Shown: positions 1-11,690, numbered from the stretch's first letter. The stretch is DNA of 64,000 bases from Cyanophora paradoxa CCMP329 (GCA_004431415.1 QPMI01000536.1:18651-82650), one strand, 5' to 3'. Translations and numbers: made by a program. Notes: generated from the letters alone by a model not told the origin.

Positions 1-639
1 AGGGCAGCTAAGTAGGGGTCATAGCTACGACTGGCACCGCGGGCGCGGCCCCGGAGCTCGGTTGCAGCCGCCGAGTCGATCAGCGCGGGCGGCCTCCTGA
101 GCGCTTCTAAACGCTAGCTGTGGATGTGATTTCGTGTTTGGTGCGTGTGCGGCCCGCGCCGGGCCTCTCAGTAGGGGTGCCGACCGCGCGCCTTGTAGGA
201 AGCGCGCACGCGGGCCGCGTCAGTGCCAACGCTTTGCTATGAAGGCCTATATGCTATAGAGACCGCGTTTGCACAGCTGGAGCCCGCGGTTCCGGGTGTG
301 CCGTGGCTCGTTGGGGTACTGCGTGCTGTTAAGTGGTGCTAGTACCCCCAAGCGGCGAAGCGGCGGAAGCGCTGACAAACGGAGCCGGCTGAAGAAAGTG
401 CGCTTAATCGGGCCTTACTGGTCAGATTGGCTCACAATGCGCAGGTTCCAGTGACCAGGTTCCATGGTGCGAGCTGCCGCGGCTCCGATCTTCTTCAAGA
501 GCTTCCGGGCGAGCTAGCGATGGCGCTCTTGGTCAAGCTTTCGTTTGTAGAGCGCGTCCGGCTCGAGCGCGTGTCGAGGCTGTCCTAGACTTTCGTGAGA
601 CTAGCCTCGCCATCGACCACAGGCGAGACGGAGGCGTGG

Positions 640-2075
640 CGGACGGCGGCGCGGCTTGCCGTACGCGACGGGAGCTCGTCGGGCGGCGGCGCGGCTCACC
701 GCACGGCGCCGGGGCGCGGCGGGCGGCGGCGCGGCTCACCGCACGGCGCGGAAGCTCGACGGGCGGGCGGGGGCTCGGCGGGCGGCGGCGCAGCTCACCG
801 CACGCGACGGGGGCTTGGCGAGTGCCGGCGCGGCTCGCCGGGCAGGGCGGAGACTCGTCGGGCGGCGGCGCAGCTCGACGGGTGGGGCGGGGACCGTCGG
901 ACGCGGCGGGCGGCGGCGCGGCTCTCCGGGCGGGGCGGGGGCGCGGCGGGCGGCGGCGCGGCTCTCCGGGCGGGGCGGCGGCGCGGCGGGCGGCGGCGCA
1001 GCTCTCCGGGCGGGGCGGCGGCGCGGCGGGCGGCGGCGCGGCTCGCCGGGCGGGGCGGAAACTCGTCGGGCGGCGGCGCAGCTCTCCGGGCGGGGCGGGG
1101 ACGCGGGGGCGGCGGCGCGGCTCTCCGGGCGGGGCGGCGGCGCGGCGGGCGGCGGCGCGGCTCGCCGGGCGGGGCGGAGACTCGTCGGGCGGCGGCGCAG
1201 CTCGACGGGTGGGGCGGGGACGCGGGGGCGGCGGCGCGGCTCTCCGGGCGGGCGGCGGCGCGGCGGGCGGCGGCGCATCTCGCCGCACGGGGCGGGGCGC
1301 GGCGGGCGGCGGCGCAGCTCGACGGGTGGGGCGGGGACGCGGGGGCGGCGGCGCGGCTCTCCGGGCGGGCGGCGGCGCGGCGGGCGGCGGCGCGGCTCGC
1401 CGGGCGGGGCGGGAGCTCGTCGGGCGGCGGCGCAGCTCGGCGGGCGGAGCGGAGGCGCGGCGGACGGCGGTGGGGCTCGCCGGGCGGGGCGGCGGCGCGG
1501 CGGGCGACGGCGCGGCTCGCCGGGCGGGCGGAAACTCGTCGGGCGGCGGCGCAGCTCGACGGGTGGGGCGGGGACGCGGGGGCGGCGGCGCGGCTCTCCG
1601 GGCGGGGCGGCGGCGCGGCGGGCGGCGGCGCAGCTCGCCGCACGGGGCGGGGCGCGGCGGGCGGCGGCGCAGCTCGACGGTGGGGCGGGGACGCGGGGGC
1701 GGCGGCGCGGCTCTCCGGGCGGGGCGGCGGCGCGGCGGGCGACGGCGCAGCTCGCCGCACGGGGCGGAGACTCGTCGGGCGGCGGCGCAGCTCGACGGGC
1801 GGGGCGGCGGCGCGGCGGGCGACGGCGCGGCTCGCCGGGTGGGGCGGAAACTCGTCGGGCGGCGGCGCAGCTCGACGGGCGGGGCGGGGACGCGGCGGGC
1901 GGCGGCGCGGCTCTCCGGGCGGGGCGGCGGGGCGGCGGGTGGCGGTGCTGCTCTCCGGGCGGGCGGCGGCGCGGCGGGCGGCTTTGTGGACGGCGGCGCG
2001 GGTCGCAGGGCGGGGCGGCGGCGCGGCGGGCAACAGCTCCGCGGCGGGGCTCGCCGCACGGGGCGGGGGCTCTGC
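640..2075. repeat. GC-rich complex minisatellite, ~40-bp unit with variant modules
   Basis: Recurring unit GGGCGGCGGCGC(G/A)GCTC(TCC/GCC/GAC)GGGCGGGGCG followed by GCGGCGCGGC, GA(A/G)ACTCGTC or GGGACGCGG. It explains the long low-complexity ORFs on both strands here. Confidence 0.9.
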
Positions 2076-3653
2076 GGCTTCAAGGCTAGTTACCACGTGC
2101 ACGTCAAAATATGTTGCTTTGACGTACTGCTTCATGGCCTGGCTGCGCGACGTGCGCACTGTGGCACTGCAGATCTAGAACAGAATCAGATGCACCCCTT
2201 CCCCCTTCGTGTCCGGATCCTAGAGCCTCGGAGCAAGCCGCCGAAGATGATTCACGCTAAAATAACTAAGTTTATTGAAAGGGAGATGTTTATAGCATAT
2301 AATTATATGAGATGTGCTGGGTGACATAATGCCGCACTATCCGATGATCACTTTTGAGTTGACAAGCCGAAAGTACGACTCCAACTTCTCGACATAACAC
2401 TGACTCATGATCAGTGATCATGATCGATATTCAATGATTGAACGTGCCGCATGATTGTGCAAGATGAAAATCGGACAGCATGATGAACATCCATTATACT
2501 TTCATTTAACTCGGTGAGTCCATCGAGAATGAGGCCAGGCGGCTCGCTCTAACATCGAGCCCTTCGAGAGCCCGTGCTGTGGCGTGTGCGCAGGGCCTGG
2601 GCTCGATCCTAGACAGCGAAACAATCAATTTCCAAACGCTTTACAAGATCCTGCCACTAGTCAGAGCGGCGCGCGCCCTGCACTGTCCACTAGCATGAGA
2701 TTCTCCAGGTGGGGTCCGTGACAGACTCGGATCAAATCGAGCGCCCGAAGGCCACGACGAGGCAGGCGTATATCTATGCACCGTATTAGCACTTCTATGA
2801 AAAAAAGAGCAAAATGCTGCGATACGGGCGCAAGCGCACCGGCACGCACGGCAGCGCGTCGTGGAATCTGTGTGGTGGGGTCAGTTCAAAGGCGCGTGGC
2901 CGAGCGAGCGACACGCGACAGTAGCGCAAACTCCTGCAGTGCGTGCAAACTGCGTATGTGGTCAGTGCAGTCTCGCACGCCCGCCCCGGCGGACGGAGGG
3001 CCGGGCTCTCAACGCGGCAGGTGTCCGATTGACGTCTGGCGGCGGGCTGCTGTCTGGAAGCACGCCCAGCTGCTACAGTCGGCCGTCGGCAGGCTTCGGC
3101 TTGCTGCTGGCCCAGGGTAGATCCGGCTGGTCCGGGGTATACGTGGATCCTCGCTAACGGCCAGCAGCTTCAAACAGCGGCCCAACCTGCACCTAACTCG
3201 CGCTCGAGCAGCGTCTAGGGACCTCTAGCGAGCTGCTGTGCCTTGCTCTCGCGCAGGAAAGCCGCGGCAGTCGGCTGCAGCCGGGTTTTGAACAGACCAG
3301 GTCCGACGGCCCGTCCCCGGCGGGCTGCCGAGCGCTCATGTGCCCTTTGCTTCCCAGAGCGCTCCTAGAAGCGGGCGGCTTCCTCGCCGAGCGCCGAGCG
3401 GCATTTTCCGCGGTCTCGCAAGGTTCGACCGGCAACCCTCGCGTAAATCATGCCTCGGGAGGCGCCGCGGTCGTTTTATGTGCTCGTTGCGCTGAACATG
3501 TTGCGCAGGAGCGGTCGGTGGACGTGCGCTCGTCTGTTCCGTTGAGTCCATCCGGCCGCTCGCTTGAGTGAGCGTTCCAGCCCTGCGGTCTCCGCTCGCT
3601 TGAGTGAGCGTCGTGGTCTCCGCGCTCGAAGAGTGATCTTCGTTGCGCAGGAC

Positions 3654-4067
3654 ATGGGCGATAAGCGTGAGGCGGCGGCCGCGGTTCCGGAGGCGACAGC
3701 CGCGCCGGTGTTCAAGGAGCTCGAGGTACTGCCCCGCCTATTTCTCAACGAGTCTGACGTGCAGTTTTAGCCCGCGCGGAAGCGCCGCAGGAGGAGGCAG
3801 CCCGCACGCTGCGCTCCGACGGCCCAGACTTTGACCCTTGCTGCACCCGACTTCGTCTGTTGCGAAACGGTGCGGTCCTCACCTTAACGCTTCCCCCTCA
3901 ATCTGAATCTGACTTCCGCACAGGAACCTGTGGGCTACTTGAAAGTCGCTCACATCTTGCCCTTCCTCAAGGACGGGCTCAAGGTGCGGCTCTTCGTCGC
4001 CAAGATCGACGTCTACGTCGTCGACGAGGGGTTCTTCTTCGTCGGCATCGGCATTCTAGTGCCCAAG
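3654..4067 (+). CDS. 5' exons of a host gene of unknown function; continuation not traceable past the viral junction
   Basis: Exon 3654-3725 (MGDKREAAAA...KELE), GT..CAG intron, exon 3924-4067 (EPVGYLKVAHILPFLKDGLKVRLFVAKIDVYVVDEGFFFVGIGILVPK), then a GT donor. Both junctions are phase 0. Confidence 0.55.
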
Positions 4068-4231
4068 GTACGGGCCAAGATGAACCTCCCCCCCTCCCCC
4101 TCCACAATTCCCTCGCCCCACGTCGCCCCCGCAGTACACTCTCCTAGCTACATCTAGATGCCCCCCCCCCCCCCCCCCCCGCCTCCACTCCGCTCCCTCC
4201 GGGCCCCCGGTGGGGGTACGCCTTTGCCGGC

Positions 4232-5368
4232 GTCTATGATAACAACTATAACTTTCTGCCCTGTAAAATAGCAGCAAGGGCTACCTCTGCTGCTCCCACC
4301 TACTTTTCTCCTGTGAGTATAGTTGATTTTAATCGAGGGGTAACTGCTTGCCTTATTGATGGTGCTATTTCAGGAAACAATAACCCAAGTGTGTGTGGCT
4401 ATAGCCATGCGAGGAAGATTTACAGTGATGATGATGACATTATAGTTATAAGCATCTCTTGTGGTGAGGTAGACCCATATTTAGAGTCTGATTATTTCGG
4501 CTATGGTTATGAGACTGTGAACAGTTGGGGCATTCTCTCATGGATTGCCTCAACAGATGGAAGCCCATTGATTAACATGCTCATGGCAGCAAGTGAGCTG
4601 TCAGCTCTTGACAAGATGGAGGAGTTGCTGCCTTACAACTACGATCAGGATTATGGGAGGTACTATAGGCTATCTGTTCCTCTTCCAAATCACATAGTCA
4701 AGTCCCTTGATGATACCTCTAAAATCCCCGACATGCTTTCGTTCACTGAGACATACATAGCAGCAAACAACACCATGATTAATAAGCTTTGCGATTTGCT
4801 GGTAGCAAACTATGAATTAAAGAACCCATCAAAAGCTTATATCTCTTCCACTCTCACCCTGTCACCACCTTTGGATGCTAATTGGTACAAACTTGCTGAT
4901 GATGCTTTTACTGCCTCCTCCTCTGTGATAGGTAAAGAGCCCCACATGGCTCGACCTTCATCATTTGGCTGGGAAGCTGGGGCATTTGCTCCAGAGCAGA
5001 TATGGGAGACCCCCACTGAGTACCTTCAAGTTGCTTTCCCATACACTTTTGAACTCTCTTCAGTGGTTGCCTATGGGTCAGGGGACACCAATGCTTTTAT
5101 AAAGACTTTCAATGTGGCTACATCAACTAATGGGATCAACTGGTCTTTTATTCGAGCAGAAGGGCAGAACAAAACATTTGTTTGTGAGAATATAAACAAT
5201 GCTAATAATTCCGGCGATATAGCTTTATTAAATGGTTACCCTCTCACCATCAAGGATGCTTTCTACGTAGGGTTCTCTTTGAGAATCAAATATGTTCGCA
5301 TTTATCCCCTTGTCTATGTGAATGCTCCCACAATGAGAGTCGATTTTACAGGTGCGTTTATTCGATAA
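4232..5368 (+). pseudogene. 5'-truncated patatin-like phospholipase fused to a C-terminal F5/8 type C (discoidin) domain
   Basis: The frame extends upstream of the 4313 GTG through KIAARATSAAPTYFSP. Patatin C-half motifs LIDGAISGNNNPS and IVISISCG. Discoidin motifs FTASSS, EYLQVAF, STNGINW, YVRIYPL, MRVDFTG. The N-terminal GxSxG half is missing. Confidence 0.8.
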
Positions 5369-6293
5369 ACTCGAGCTGAAAAGAATTGTCAATTCCATTC
5401 ATGTCAATGATGTCACCAAAGTAGTCTTTGAACTCAACTGTTAGTTCTCTCACCACCAGATGTCGGTCATTAATTCGAATAAACTCCCCATGTTCACCAT
5501 TATAGTAAACATAGCCTCCTATATCCTTGCTTAATTGGAGTCTCAGTATGGCGCCTTGGTTTTGTGGCTGTGATTTTGGGACTATATTATGTCTGCTGGC
5601 AAAGGGAGCAAGTTCTTTGACATGTAAATAAAGGTACTGCTCAGCATTCATATCTGCCATCTTATTGCTGTAATAAACATATCTAAGAGGTGTGGATGAA
5701 AGTCTGGATCCCGAAAAGGTAGTTCCCCACAAGGGGTGATTGAGTGTGATAGGTTTGCCATCATACTTTAGAAAATTCTCAGGGCGATATGGAGATTGAG
5801 AGGGCGAATTGTCATCCATAAATGAAGACTGGAACTCAGTTGAGCTTAAACCCAATAGCTTACCAATGCGCTTATTGCTTGCTTTTATACGGAAAAATCT
5901 GTTACTGTAGAACTCCACTTTATAAGTGGTTGGATTGTAGAATAATTTGAATTCGAAAGCAACTGTTTTTCCTGCTATAGTTTCCTCATAGAACACATAG
6001 TTCAATCCATAGTTGTATGGTTGGGTGACCCCAAAATGACCCTGATTGATATAACCGGTTGGCAGAGGAGAGATGTTGTAAGTTACTGTTTCAGTGACAG
6101 AACTATCCTGATAGGTGAATTCCACTATTAAATGATCTGTTCCCACACTATTGTAAATGCTGTTTGGAATTTCTGCGTAAATAACCCTACACTCTCGAGG
6201 TCTCTCTACTGGTGTTGTGAGGGCAACCCTGTAAGAGTTTTCGGTTTCACCTTGGCTGCGATCCCTGCTATCAACATTGACAAGCCGGTTCAT
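5358..6293 (-). CDS. Minor capsid protein (penton, single jelly-roll) 1
   Basis: N-terminal VNVDSRDR...AEIPNSIYN, internal YLYLHVKEL and C-terminal IDMNGIDNSFQLEF are typical PLV/NCLDV penton motifs. Lies in the capsid module. Confidence 0.8.
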   Translation of the reverse strand: MNRLVNVDSRDRSQGETENSYRVALTTPVERPRECRVIYAEIPNSIYNSVGTDHLIVEFTYQDSSVTETVTYNISPLPTGYINQGHFGVTQPYNYGLNYVFYEETIAGKTVAFEFKLFYNPTTYKVEFYSNRFFRIKASNKRIGKLLGLSSTEFQSSFMDDNSPSQSPYRPENFLKYDGKPITLNHPLWGTTFSGSRLSSTPLRYVYYSNKMADMNAEQYLYLHVKELAPFASRHNIVPKSQPQNQGAILRLQLSKDIGGYVYYNGEHGEFIRINDRHLVVRELTVEFKDYFGDIIDMNGIDNSFQLEFIE

Positions 6294-6322
6294 TTTAATA
6301 TATGAATATAGATAAAAGGAGA

Positions 6323-7332
6323 ATGCCCGTGGACTACATTGAGGTGAGCTCTTTTAATACAATCTCTGGTGACGGTCCTACTTCAAGCTTTGTAGCTCGA
6401 CTTCCAAACATATATGAGAATGTGAGGGCTGTCAGGCTGGTCTCGGCCGAATTTTATAATAGTATCCCTATGGTGAGTGGTGAAACGCAACCAGGGGATA
6501 TTACAATTGATAATTCATTCAGCATTTTTGGAGTGAAGAATTCGATGGTGCTGGCATTGATGGCATTCCAACTACTCGACCAGCGGCCGGCTTTGAACCT
6601 TGGAAGCAATTAATCATAAGTCGCAAAAAACCCATTCAAAGCCACCAGCAATTGGTAAATGTAATTAATGCGAAATTCGATGATAGAGAGCCGGAACCAT
6701 CTATTCGCTGTAAATGGGATGAGTCACTAAAACGAATTATATTCCACTCAGAGAAACCTTTCTATCTAGCCTTCTCTGTTGCTGGAAATCCAAACCAGAA
6801 AACGATCCAAAAGTTACTGAGCGCTGCCCGATTGCTTGGTCTTGATCCCGGAAGATATGGAAATTCCCCAATCCAATCACAGGTTTATAATGCTCTTACT
6901 GATGGCATCTTTACTGGTGAACGGGTGAATGGTATTATATCTTCGTTTGAGCCTGAAAAGACCAGGGACAGTGTTTTATTTGTCAGAGTAAAAGAGTTGG
7001 GTGATCTGGTTCAGTGTGGGGATGGTCTCCTGACTGGTTACTTCCACAAAATCGTGGTTCCTGACAAGGACTATGGTGAGCATGTGGTTTACAATTCAAC
7101 AGAATCTCACCCACTTTACAAGTACTATAACAAAAAAATGGGTTTGTCTACATTCTCTGTGGATATAGTAAATGCTATAAACGAACCAATCGATTTTGAG
7201 GGTCAACCTGTCCACCTCACATTTGAAATTCGATATGGGGAGGAGCCAGCAGGCGACCCTGTCTATGAATACTTTAAGATGCGGATGTCACAAAGTCATC
7301 CAACATATCCAATCATTGCGAGTTTTGGGTAA
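6323..7332 (+). CDS. Minor capsid protein (penton) 2, one apparent 1-nt deletion frameshift
   Basis: SFVARLP..YENVRAVRLVSAEFYNS, LFVRVKEL and IDFEGQPVHLTFEI. ORFs 6302-6613 and 6652-7332 join if one T is added to the T5 run near 6525. Confidence 0.75.
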
Positions 7333-7386
7333 ACACAAGGTTCATTCGTAATTTTTTTATGTTACAGTATAATAAAAGAGAAAATC

Positions 7387-8757
7387 ATGGATATTACGTC
7401 GACCCTCCAGCGCCTTTCGTTGAAAGAAGCCCTAACAACCCCAGAGGAGGCCAAGGCCTTCTTTTTGGATAACTCCCTAATGCTTGGTCTTGAATCCAAG
7501 TCTAAGCCCGTTCTTGTTGTTGTGAACCCGAGCAATACTTTTGAAAATAGTGTTGGAAATCGCATTTCATTCAAACTCCCTCGCTACAATTTCTGTGGCA
7601 AACTCGAACTTGCCTTCGACCTTCCAGCTATCACTTTTGGTGATGCTGATCTTGTTCGAAATGGGTATACTCGCCCAGTTGGTGCTTTGGTTCAGCGACT
7701 TGAAATTACCTATGGGTCATACACCTACCATATCCCTTCTGATTTCCTTGCTCATTTCCCTCTTGTCTATTATAGTGAGGATCAGCTTGCCAAAAAGAAG
7801 CGGTCAATGGGCATGCTTCACGGCATCCCCGCCCATGGAACCAACCGACTTGGTGGCTCATTCTTTGTTGAAATTCCTGTGCCTTGGCTAAACCACTACC
7901 TACCTCTTGGTGCTCTGTCTGGTGAAATGGTAGTAACTGTTTGGTTCAAGGATGTAGGGAAGGGTTATGTTGAGACTTCTTATGGTGGTCGTACTCTTCC
8001 TAAGGCTGGGGACACAGCCATTGATGGGGACAAGGACGATGGGCTTGGCGTCGCACCTGCTGAATCTGTGCTGGCACATGTTGGCCAAAACATCACCACT
8101 TTCAATCTTGGTGCGCCAAACGTTGAAATTAAAATTACTTCTCCTCGCCTTTATATGTATGCTGTTAATGTGTCTGATGAGCTTTTCGCTACTGTTATTG
8201 AGAAGGTAAAGACAACTGGCATGGCTATCCCTGCTCTGGATATTGGATTTGTGGATGTCAGTGATATGAAAGCCAAGGGTCTTGCCCAACCCAATCGAGT
8301 TAACCTCTCCCAAATATCAGGTCTCGTTTATGCTCTGCTTGTTTCAGTTCGTGATAACGCTAATGTTGACAAAGCTAATGGTTCCCACAGTGTACTTAAG
8401 ACCTACTCCAACTCCAAAGATATTACTTTCACTGTGGAAATTAATGGTCAACGTCTCTATGCCACTGAGCCCATTCCACTGCTCAAGGGTGCTGAGCTGA
8501 TTGCTGATGTCTTCAAATGCTCTAACATGGATAAGGTTGCTGATCGCTATGTTCTTTCAGGGCTGCCATTCTGTCTTGATGGTGAGAAGGCTATTCGCAA
8601 TGTTGCCCAGTCTGGCTATGTTGACCTGACCAATTCTTCATCTTCATTCCTCACTCTCTACATGCCCACTGACAAGGCAATTGATGTCAATGTTCGCGCT
8701 CTCATGCACAGCTTTATCATTTTGGACAAGGATGGTCTCCGGCGAATCAATCTATGA
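7387..8757 (+). CDS. Major capsid protein, double jelly-roll (PLV type)
   Basis: 456 aa, beta-rich. ISFKLPRYNFCGKLELAFDLP, LVQRLEITYG, IPVPW..HYLPLGAL, VEINGQRL, GYVDLTN. Sits between the pentons and the packaging ATPase. Confidence 0.8.
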   Translation: MDITSTLQRLSLKEALTTPEEAKAFFLDNSLMLGLESKSKPVLVVVNPSNTFENSVGNRISFKLPRYNFCGKLELAFDLPAITFGDADLVRNGYTRPVGALVQRLEITYGSYTYHIPSDFLAHFPLVYYSEDQLAKKKRSMGMLHGIPAHGTNRLGGSFFVEIPVPWLNHYLPLGALSGEMVVTVWFKDVGKGYVETSYGGRTLPKAGDTAIDGDKDDGLGVAPAESVLAHVGQNITTFNLGAPNVEIKITSPRLYMYAVNVSDELFATVIEKVKTTGMAIPALDIGFVDVSDMKAKGLAQPNRVNLSQISGLVYALLVSVRDNANVDKANGSHSVLKTYSNSKDITFTVEINGQRLYATEPIPLLKGAELIADVFKCSNMDKVADRYVLSGLPFCLDGEKAIRNVAQSGYVDLTNSSSSFLTLYMPTDKAIDVNVRALMHSFIILDKDGLRRINL

Positions 8758-8893
8758 TCAGGAATGTATGTTTGTCTTACTGTTCTGCTCACAATTGGAT
8801 TATTTTTTTATTATCGATTTCTACTTAATTCCCGAAGAAAATGATATAAAGAAAAAAGCAACATGTATATAAAGGCCCTTTAACTTTGTTAAA

Positions 8894-9834
8894 ATGGTAC
8901 GAGCTTTGACCCTTCATGAATTCATCGAAAAGAGCAAAAGAATACATGGAGAGAAGTATGATTACTCAAAAGTAACCTACAAAAACAATTCCACTTATGT
9001 AGTTATTCAATGTAAATCTTGCTCCATGGAATTCAAACAGCTCCCTGGTGGGCATTTAGCAGGTCGAGGGTGTAGAAAATGCGCTGCTAAACTAACTGGG
9101 GCGGCACAAAAACTTTCGACTGAACAGTTTATTGAGAAATCAAGAGCTGTTCATGGTGATGTCTTTGATTATACAAAGACTGTCTATGAATCTGGACACA
9201 AAAAGTCACTGTCACTTGTAAGAAATGTGGAGCAGATTCTTGTATTTTAGCACAAAATCATCTATTTAAACAAGGGTGTAAGCAATGCTCTTTAGAAGAA
9301 CGCAAGAGCAAAACTAGAAAAAGCAAAGACGATTTCATTAGAAAAGCCATCGAAATCCACGGCGATCGATATGATTATAATGAAGTTGTTTACATTAACA
9401 ACAAAACAAAAGTAGTAGTTAAATGTAAGCAGTGTAACTCCAACTTTGCTCCAGTCCCAACCGATCACTACAAAGGGACAGGTTGTCCTCGATGCCAATT
9501 CTCAAGGGGCGAAACAAGAATTGATCAATATTTAAAGAAGCTTGGGATTTCATTTGAGATTCAAAAGAAATTCGAACGCTGCCGGAATAAGTTTCCCCTC
9601 CCTTTCGATTTCTATATTCCAGACATGAATGCTTGTATTGAATACCAAGGAGAGCAGCATTATAAAAAGGTTGGACATTGGGGAACTGATGGGTACCTTC
9701 AAAAGTATCAGGAAAGGGACGCCATCAAACTTTTATTCTGTCAAATAAACAACATACATTTGCTTGTTATTCCTTACACAGAGAAAGATATTGAACGGGC
9801 TGTAGAAACATTCCTTCAATCTCTTAAAGATTAA
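8894..9834 (+). CDS. Homing-endonuclease-like protein: three Zn-ribbon repeats plus a PD-(D/E)XK (Vsr/Hef-like) nuclease, one frameshift
   Basis: Three repeats of FIxK...HG..YDY..V.Y.....V...CxxC...H..G.GCxxC, then LPFDFYIPDMNACIEYQGEQHY. Continuous if one A is added to the A5 run near 9200. Confidence 0.8.
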
Positions 9835-9887
9835 ACCATCTCCAGTCACACTGTATTATTTTTATCTGTTTCTTTATAGAAAGAACC

Positions 9888-10669
9888 ATGGGCGACTTGG
9901 ACGAATTTGTGGCTGGTGAAATGATAAATCCCCTTTCCGCGTTTTGGCAATTGGCAAATCTGCTACTGGTAAATCAGAGGCTGTCAAGTACTGGCTAAAG
10001 CAGCTTCATGATGCCAAAAAGATTGATGTCGTTCTTGTTATCAGTGGAACTGCTTTTAACAACTTTTGGAACAATGTAGCAAGTGTTCAGCTTGGCAAAT
10101 GGGATGCTCATTACATTGAAAAGGTTTTGGAAGATCGACAACAGAAAATAGAAAAGGGAGAGCCGATTAATCAACTCTTAGTTGTACTGGACGATCTAAT
10201 TGATAATGACTTGGTCGATCTCACTCGCGATAAAATAATCAACAAATTGTACTCTATGGGCAGACATTTGAAAATATCTATTATCTGTATCACACAAAAG
10301 CTAAGGAAAGTCTCATCGACCATTCGCGTCAACTCAGATTATGCTATGTTCCTAAGCGCTGCCAATAGAAAGGAGCTTGAAGCCATTGAGGAAGAATACA
10401 ATATAATGCGGGACAAAGATGTTTTCTATAAAATGTTTGAAGAGTACGTACATTCCTACCAGTTCCTAATTTGGTCATCTGCCGATTATTCTGTAAAATA
10501 TTTCGTAGATAAAGCGGATTTGGTCAAAGATTTCCCATTTCCACGGTTCCACAGGAAACCAAAAAAGAAAGAAGACGAGCTTAAACCACCAGAGAAAGAA
10601 GAGGGGCGCAAAGAAGTGAAAAGCCAAGTTCATAGTAATAAGTTAATGCGATATAAACGCGGTCTATAA
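9888..10669 (+). CDS. A32/FtsK-like DNA packaging ATPase
   Basis: Walker A GKSATGKS, Walker B LLVVLDD, MGRHLKISIICITQ, IRVNSDY. Adding one C at ~9930 gives a start at ATG 9888 reading PFRVLAIGKSATGKS. Confidence 0.92.
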
Positions 10670-10697
10670 AAATATCTCTCACTTTAATAAAGACACA

Positions 10698-11431
10698 ATG
10701 CCCCCCAAACGCAAAATAGGCATCCCTGCTGGGGCTGTTGGTTATTCAGGTGGTGGTAACAATGGCTCCATTAACACAGACCCGCTTAAATTCAATGGAA
10801 TGAATGAGATAAAGCCCTCACAACAGCAAGAGGATCCCTTAATGCCGCCTATGAGGAATCTTTTGATGACAAAGCCCCACAGACGTCCACCAGTGATCAG
10901 CTCAACATCTCCCCTGAAGCTTCTAAAATGAAGGCTGTAGGTGAGGGTGCCAGGCGAATTATAGGTGCTGCTGATGATAAAGGTCTTGGGCTCCAAGATC
11001 TATCACTCACTCGCAAAGGTGAGGGTCTCAGTAAAGAATCCGACAAGGTTATCCAGTCTATGGCGGGTGAAGTCACATACAAGACTGCTCCCACCCAGAA
11101 TATTCATCGAGTTCCCAAGGCTCAATGGGACGAAATGACTGCCAAGCTTAAAGATCTGGAAGCCAAATCAAGTGCCTTAGAGCAATATGTAACTGAGAAG
11201 AGAGAGAGATCCAAACTCAAGGAGATGCTAAGAAAGGAGGTGTTCAAAATGGGGATCACTGGGATTCCAGATAAACAGTTTATTGCCAAGAAAGAGAACC
11301 AAATTGATGAGCAAGCTGTTGATGAAATGAAAACAAAGACCCAAAAGGGGACTATTGAGCCAGGTGCTACAAAGGCTGAGGTGGACAAAGGTGTAGCCCC
11401 CACAGTGTATAAACGACGGGTTTGGCTTTGA
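10698..11431 (+). CDS. Hypothetical viral protein (charged, coiled-coil), one frameshift
   Basis: ORFs 10698-10931 and 10928-11431 join with one added base near 10836-10840. N-terminal PPKRK may be an NLS. Confidence 0.55.
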
Positions 11432-11459
11432 GAAAAAATAAACGTTTTTTCTATTATAA

Positions 11460-11690
11460 ATGGATGATACCATCAGTCTGGTTGAGTTCACCGTTGATAG
11501 TCCTGTAAGTGAGAGATATATTAAGAGCGCTTTAGCAAACCAAAAAAGATACAGGGAAGACCCAGCATATAGAGAGGTTAAGAAACAACAAGCCTTGGCA
11601 TCATATTATCGCCGAAGGGCACAAAAAGATGTTGTGAGGCCTATAGGGAGGCCAATTAAATATTATCAGACTACTGAGAGCAGCAACTGA
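11460..11690 (+). CDS. Small basic viral protein with AT-hook-like GRP motif
   Basis: RYREDPAYRE...IGRPIK; resembles the ORF at 16533-16724. Confidence 0.55.
   Translation: MDDTISLVEFTVDSPVSERYIKSALANQKRYREDPAYREVKKQQALASYYRRRAQKDVVRPIGRPIKYYQTTESSN

Noticed and set aside
1-530. Possible rDNA or structured RNA
   Set aside because: No conserved rRNA or tRNA motif recognised.
533-2324. Several ORFs of 450-560 aa on both strands
   Set aside because: They arise from the stop-poor GC minisatellite; the translations are low-complexity R/A/G/P with no domain.
6520-10845. Programmed ribosomal frameshifting in the viral genes
   Set aside because: Four unrelated genes each lack one base in a short homopolymer, with no consistent slippery heptamer; consensus error is the simpler explanation.
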